NCBI GenBank assembly: GCA_001179505.1
Contig: CDMY01000400.1
Coordinates: forward strand, 1 to 64,000
Direction of reading: 5' to 3'
From: Vitrella brassicaformis CCMP3155
Lineage: Eukaryota; Protista; Chromerida
Length of the DNA stretch: 64,000 nt
Position numbers and translations under genes: made by a program. How positions within the stretch are numbered: the stretch's first letter is position 1; every line of letters begins with the position of its first letter. Under the pieces are notes generated by a model, which saw only the letters and a program-made list of their open reading frames with translations, was not told where the DNA came from and made no database searches. Shown here in pieces: positions 58,333 to 64,000 of this stretch.

Positions 58333-60901
58333 ATGTCGGCCCCTCCCGCCCCTCCCGCAGCCGCCGCCGTCAAGGATGTGTACGAGTACATCCCGGAACC
58401 AAAGCCAGCCCCTGGCACAACCGGTCAGTCACTCAGTCAGTCGAGCCATGCATTCGTTGTGTGTCCGAGTGGGCATGCATCCCTCTCTGTGTCTGTGTGT
58501 CTGCATGCAGGCGTGCCGAATGTGCCGTCGTCAGGGCTGGGCTACACTCTGCGTGGCGCGGGAGCTCGCGAGAAGGACAGGGACAAGGAGGAACTCGACG
58601 TCGGTACGCCAACCGAAACCGCGCGCGATTGTCCATTATGGGCGCGTCATTCATGCACCATTCAGCGTCGTTGAAGCCCGAAAAGGCGTACGAGACGTTT
58701 AAGGGCAAGAAGTATGAGGTCACCATTCCCCAGGCGGGAGCCATGGGCACATTCCTGAGACAGCAGCCAAGGTGTGCGTACACCCACACACCAGATATAG
58801 CCACATGAATGCACGTGTGTGTGTATGTGTTGTAGGAGTGAGTATGAGAGTGTGGGCGGGCTGGGTGGTGCGCTCAAGGACTTCGAAACGCCGCTGCAGA
58901 GGACACAGAGACTGCAGGCTGAGGTATGCCCGACCCCCACCCACATGCAGCTCCATGCCTTTCCCACGTTCATCCCCCTTGTGTGTGTGCAGGTGTCCGA
59001 GTTGCTCGAGTACGTCACGAACGAGATCAACCTCGGCCGCGGCAACGAGCTGAGGGCGCTCTTCGAGGGAGCGGGGGACCCTGCCGCCATCAAGGTACAT
59101 AGATCGCCCCACCACACAATCGGTGTATGCACTCTGTTTGACTGTGTATTGGCTCAGGAGGAGTTGAAGACTCTGGAGGGGCAGCTGTCGACCCTGCTCA
59201 ACGACGAAAAAGTCAGTCAGCCGAGACGAAAAAAAGAGAACACACACAAACCGAAAAACGCGACAATATGTGCTTGAGCCGGTCCGTGTATGTGTGTATC
59301 TGTGTATGCGCGTGCGTGACCAGGTGAAGGCTGAGCTGATCGGCAGCAGTGACCCCAGCTACAAACTGCCTGCCGTGAGGCAACACACGCACAACCACAA
59401 CCACAACCACTTCACATACGTGTGTGTATGTGTGTGTGTGTGTGTGTAGGGTGAGGCCGACCTGTTCAACAGCGTCATGCAGCAGCTCAGCGCACTCAAG
59501 ACCACTTCTGCCGCCACAGCCGACAAAGACAAAGAGAAGAAGAAGGACGGTGAGGGACAATGCACTGACACACACACGGGTGCTCTCATGCACGTCACGG
59601 CTGTGTGTCTGTGTGTGTAGGTGAGAGCCGGATGGTGTATGAGGTGTACTACGACCCCAACGAGCGGCCGCTGGTTGAAACAAGCAAACTGATCGGGTGG
59701 GTCGAATAAGAGGGAGTATCTCGCAGATGCACGGATGGCCGGCCATGCGTCCATCTGTGTGTGGGGTGGTGGTGCATGTGCATCCATCTGTGTGACACTC
59801 ACGATCAGGTTGGAGAGTCGTTTGTCCGAGTTGGAGAAGCAGATCGGGGTGGAGGCACAGTCGCAACTGCCCTTCCCAGACGTACAGGTAGGTACGCATA
59901 GATCCATCCCATACCCACCAGCCTGTTCGTGTGAAGTGTGTGCGCGCGGGCGTGTGTGCGTGTGTGCGTGTGTGTGTATCAGAGCGGCATCTACGACCTG
60001 AATGAGCGGCTGAGTCTGCTCGACGCCAACAAACTCGACGCCATCGGCAGACGCACACAGGTACGCAGAGGCGGACGCCACACACACACACACACATTGC
60101 TTTCATGTATGCGTCGTGTGTGTGCAGGCGCTGATGAGTGAGCTTGAGATGGTGTTGCGGAAGAAGGCCGAGATCACCAGCGCCGCGCTGACGGACGACG
60201 ACCAAAAGGTACTTGCTGCCATGGCGGCACACCTGCCTGCATCTGATATGATATGTATGTCGGCGTGTTGGTGCCTGTCTCGGTGTGTGTGTGCAGGTGC
60301 AGGAGCTGTTCCTCATGAGCCAGCGGTGGAAGATTGCCACGTGAGCCAATGCATCCTGTCTGTGTGATTGCGCGCGCGCCCTCTGTACGTGTTGATTGCG
60401 GGGGTGCGTGTGTGTGTGTGTGTGTAGTGCTGGTCTGCCGTATATCGTAGTCCGGCTGAAGTCGCTCAAGGCCCTGCACCAACACTCGGGATCATTCGCC
60501 ACACGCATTTCAGGTGAGTCGGGTCGGTCGCCGCACATGCGTACGAACAGCCGACCTGTGTGCATGTGTGTGTGTGCATGTGTGTGTGTGGTTGTGTGTG
60601 TAGTGTTGGAGTCGAACCAGACTGAGCTGCAGAAGCAGCTGGACGCCACGTCGGCCGCACTCACCACTGTCAGCAAATCCCTCCAGGTACACACACACAC
60701 ACACACACACACGCACGCACAGAGAGAGAGAGAGAGAGGGAGGGACAGAGGGAGAGCGGGAGAGAGAGCGACTAGACACACACGGGAGACATCCCCCCCC
60801 TCGTGTGTGTGTGTGTGTGTTGCTAGGATTCGCTCAAGACCTTCACCGAGAACATCGACAAAATGCACACCAGGATCGCAGAGCTGCAGAAGAAGAAGTG
60901 A
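58333..60901 (+). CDS. DCTN2: Dynactin subunit 2 (p50/dynamitin)
   Basis: DVYE near the N-terminus, ETPLQRTQRLQAE, LESRLSELEKQIG, LSLLDANKLDAI, LPYIVVRLKSLKALH, TFTENIDKMHTRI. Coiled-coil exons join in phase. Confidence 0.88.
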
Positions 60902-61357
60902 ACGAATGACGCCCCCACCCTGCCACTCACCCCCTTCCCCCCCAATCTCTCTCTCTCCAGATGATCCAACAGGGCGTCTGACTTGTTGCTGCGTCAGGGA
61001 GAGAGCCGGATGGAGCGGTTGGTTGGTTGCTCGTTGCTGGTTGGCTGGATAGTGAGTAAGGGGAAACCTGCGTGGTTGGATGAGACGGCCGTGAGGTCGA
61101 TGTGTGCACGTCCACGTCCGTGCGTATGTATGTTGATTACATGTACACATGTGACACTGGTCTGTTTGTCCTTTGTATGGCAGGGGTATAGACAGCCCTG
61201 CCTGCGGCTTGGTCAGTTGCACTCACTCCCATTCGTATGTGTACTGTACACCACAGATCACCCACCACCCTGCCTACCGACCATGACAATCACGGCCGGT
61301 CCTCCGAAAAATACGTGCACGCGCGAGAGGATTGTGCCCCAGCGCCGCTTGTATCGA

Positions 61358-61681
61358 TCAGCTGCACTTCATGATGCCCGACACGACGAAGTCCCACTTA
61401 TTAATGTGAGTGATGTCCCGCCTCACGTAGCACTTGCCACTCCTCAGCATATAAGAATACGCCACGCACCCGCTGGTCCTCTCACACCGTTCGCAGCACG
61501 CGTCCTCGTCCCTCTCGGTTGTACCGGAGCGGTCCTCCAGTAGGTCCTCGTCCTCGTCGCTCCAGAACATTTTCCTGCCCTTGCTGCGGACGTGTCGGTT
61601 CGTACACTGCGCCCGGCCTCCCACGAGAGCACACAACAGCAGCAGGGCAATAACAGTCAGAACACCTTTGTAGATCTGCAT
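61358..61681 (-). CDS. Small secreted PAN/Apple-domain protein
   Basis: Intronless. MQIYKGVLTVIALLLLCALVGG signal peptide, then C...DEDACCERCERTSGCVAYSYMLRSGKCYVR (CCxxCxxxxxCxAxxY...C PAN pattern). Confidence 0.75.
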   Translation of the reverse strand: MQIYKGVLTVIALLLLCALVGGRAQCTNRHVRSKGRKMFWSDEDEDLLEDRSGTTERDEDACCERCERTSGCVAYSYMLRSGKCYVRRDITHINKWDFVVSGIMKCS

Positions 61682-62629
61682 CGCAAGCGAACGATAGGAT
61701 CCCGTTACCGCTCGTTTTTTGAGGCGAAGTTCGATCTTGGCCGCGGCCGCATGAAACCCCACGGCTCACCTATAGAGATAGGGGATTCCAAATGAACACA
61801 CATGCAAGATGTGCACACAGACGGTGCTTGTCGAAAGTGCGTGAGAGGCGTAGAGACAGGCGGAAATCGGCTGTTTGACATTCGTTGGGCGACCTTGAAA
61901 TGCTAGAGGGATCGATACATGGTTCGATGGATTCTTCACTTCGATGCTTGAGTGTTCTCGCGATGTCTCTGTTTACCCGTCCCATCCCATGTTTACCCCT
62001 GTCTGTAGCTGCCCCTCCCGCCCTCCCACATCAAAGACATGCAAGTATACACACATCCAGTCAGCCAATCACATATATCAGATCAGCTGAGAGCTCGGTG
62101 AACGAACCACTCGAACATCTAAATAAATGACTGACTGACTGACGCACACGAGCGGGTGCTGAGTGCAGCACCCCCCACACACCCCCTGGCTCCCACACAC
62201 ACGAAGATGAAGATGACATGACTGACGACACATGAAGATGACGACACATTAAAAAGGGATATGAAACAAACACTATGTGGCCTATGTACATCCGTCACCA
62301 GGACGGGGTGGGACATTCTATTCGACCAGACCAGACCAGGACAGACAGACCGACCGACTGACTGGCTGAGAGGCAGAGAAACAGCCCAGCATGAAGCTAC
62401 TTGAACAAAAGAAAGAACGCACAGCGCACAGCATTTCAGTATGAGGGATCTCGTTGGTCGTGTGGCTCGTTTATCTCCTCAGTCGCCGCTCGGCACGTCA
62501 GTCAACGCACCAGCTGCCGCACCAGACGGAAAAACAGTCACACACACACACGCACACGCGTTCCCACATGCACGTCACTCATCCTCGCCCTGCCTAGCCC
62601 AGCACACCCACCTGTCAGCAGGAGTCCGT

Positions 62630-63260
62630 TCACCAGCGCGGTCGATAGATACATCGGCAGGGGGGGGCCATGGGACGGCGAGCGCAGCGACGGCGCCAGC
62701 GTCTGCAACGGTCGGTCCAAGGATGGTCCCAGCACCTGTTCTTCATTCTGCGGCAGCGCCTTCGCCCTCCCCCTCCCCGCAGCATTCGCAAGGGGTGCTC
62801 GTCAGAATCCTCTTCGTCATCGTCGTCGTGGTCATCATCATCACCCACCTGGATTCATACACACAAACACCCGCCGACAGGCACGTGGCTGGTCTGTGCG
62901 CGCTCCATGTGTGTGTGTGCGTCTGCGTGAGCTGCATATGTGTGTGTGTGGGTCTGTGTCAGGGCTCCTGCCCACCTCATCTTCATCTTCATCTTCAGCT
63001 TGCAGCATTCCATCTGTGTCGAGATTGTTGTCGGGGATGGCCATGTCATCCTGCACCCACGTGACACCCAAGGGAACGACAGGAGGACAGACGCATGACA
63101 TCCATAGTGACAAAGAGCAGCACAGGTGGCCATGCATCCTTACCGTCAACGGATCAGTGACCGCCGTGGACTCCTGAGCCACCTTGCTCAGCAGGGGTGT
63201 TGGGGCGCCGACAGCACCGGCCAACAGGAGGGCGCCAACGAGGCACAGAAGCAGCTTCAT
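62630..63260 (-). CDS. Secreted prepro-peptide: acidic pro-region, LRMLR, Arg/Trp/Cys-rich cationic peptide
   Basis: Exons 63260-63144, 63050-62976 and 62848-62630: MKLLLCLVGALLLAGAVGA...DDDDHDDDDEEDSDEHPLRMLRGGGGRRRCRRMKNRCWDHPWTDRCRRWRRRCARRPMAPPCRCIYRPRW*. A possible extra exon (62513-62498) would add CWCVD*. Confidence 0.8.
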
Positions 63261-64000
63261 GGTGAGCGAGAGAACAGGCAAGAAAACAACAAGGGGAAGC
63301 AAGCCGAGAAGGAATGAAGAATATCTTGAGGTGAGATCTGTTAAGGAGGGATCTGATATTCTTCCCTCTCTCTCCTCTCCTCTCCCTCTCTCCCCTCCCT
63401 CCCTCTTCTCTCCCCTCCCTCCTCTCCCTCCCTCCCTCCCTCCCTCCCNNNNNNNNNNNNNNNNNNNNNNNNNNNNNNNNNNNNNNNNNNNNNNNNNNNN
63501 NNNNNNNNNNNNNNNNNNNNNNNNNNNNNNNNNNNNNNNNNNNNNNNNNNNNNNNNNNNNNNNNNNNNNNNNNNNNNNNNNNNNNNNNNNNNNNNNNNNN
63601 NNNNNNNNNNNNNNNNNNNNNNNNNNNNNNNNNNNNNNNNNNNNNNNNNNNNNNNNNNNNNNNNNNNNNNNNNNNNNNNNNNNNNNNNNNNNNNNNNNNN
63701 NNNNNNNNNNNNNNNNNNNNNNNNNNNNNNNNNNNNNNNNNNNNNNNNCAGGGTGTAGGGTAAGCAACCCTGAGCCCCAAACCCTAACCTCTAAGTTGTG
63801 TTCACCTATGAACCATTCCTCTGTTGGACTCCACGTAAGTCATGAGCTGACGCGTTACAAGCGAATCACACCCTGCGAGGAGTTATACATAGATCCGTCG
63901 TCGGGATCCTGGCCGATGAAACCCTTGACCCCACAAAACCCTGCAGTTTCCTCCTCCCCCCCTACATGCATCGTTTTGCCAGCCGGCTGGTCCCTCCTGC

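Noticed and set aside
59213-61222. 669-aa minus-strand ORF
   Set aside because: Antisense shadow of DCTN2 exons and CA/TG microsatellite introns; HT/VC low-complexity translation.

Overview
Intron-rich eukaryotic nuclear DNA with seven 300-N assembly gaps. Gene content (AOX, TLDc proteins, oocyst-wall-protein-like genes) and microsatellite-filled introns suggest a chromerid alga such as Vitrella brassicaformis (inference). Recognisable genes: a GMC oxidoreductase (possibly damaged), an SLC26/SulP-STAS transporter, a secreted S8 subtilase, a TLDc gene plus a TLDc pseudogene, three oocyst-wall-protein-like CPxG Cys-repeat genes, RPL35, AOX, DCTN2 and a PAN/Apple mini-protein. Three things stand out. 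(1) An ~18.6 kb gene of roughly 100 exons (32797-51427), phase-consistent on a manual exon walk outside the gaps, fuses a Sacsin/NO-VEIN-type GHKL ATPase, two FN3 domains, a BAH domain, a DNMT1-like C5-methyltransferase fold lacking the catalytic Pro-Cys, and a C-terminal PIP box. (2) A family of secreted prepro-peptides (signal peptide, acidic pro-region, LRxL motif, cationic Cys-rich peptide); one is built from tandem symmetric micro-exons whose introns carry built-in Cys-Lys-stop read-through ends. (3) Many introns pair 5' (CA)n with 3' (TG)n. There is also a perfect 114-bp-arm foldback element truncating the TLDc pseudogene and an inverted segmental duplication. All gene models come from manual reading of splice sites and translations, with no database searches.
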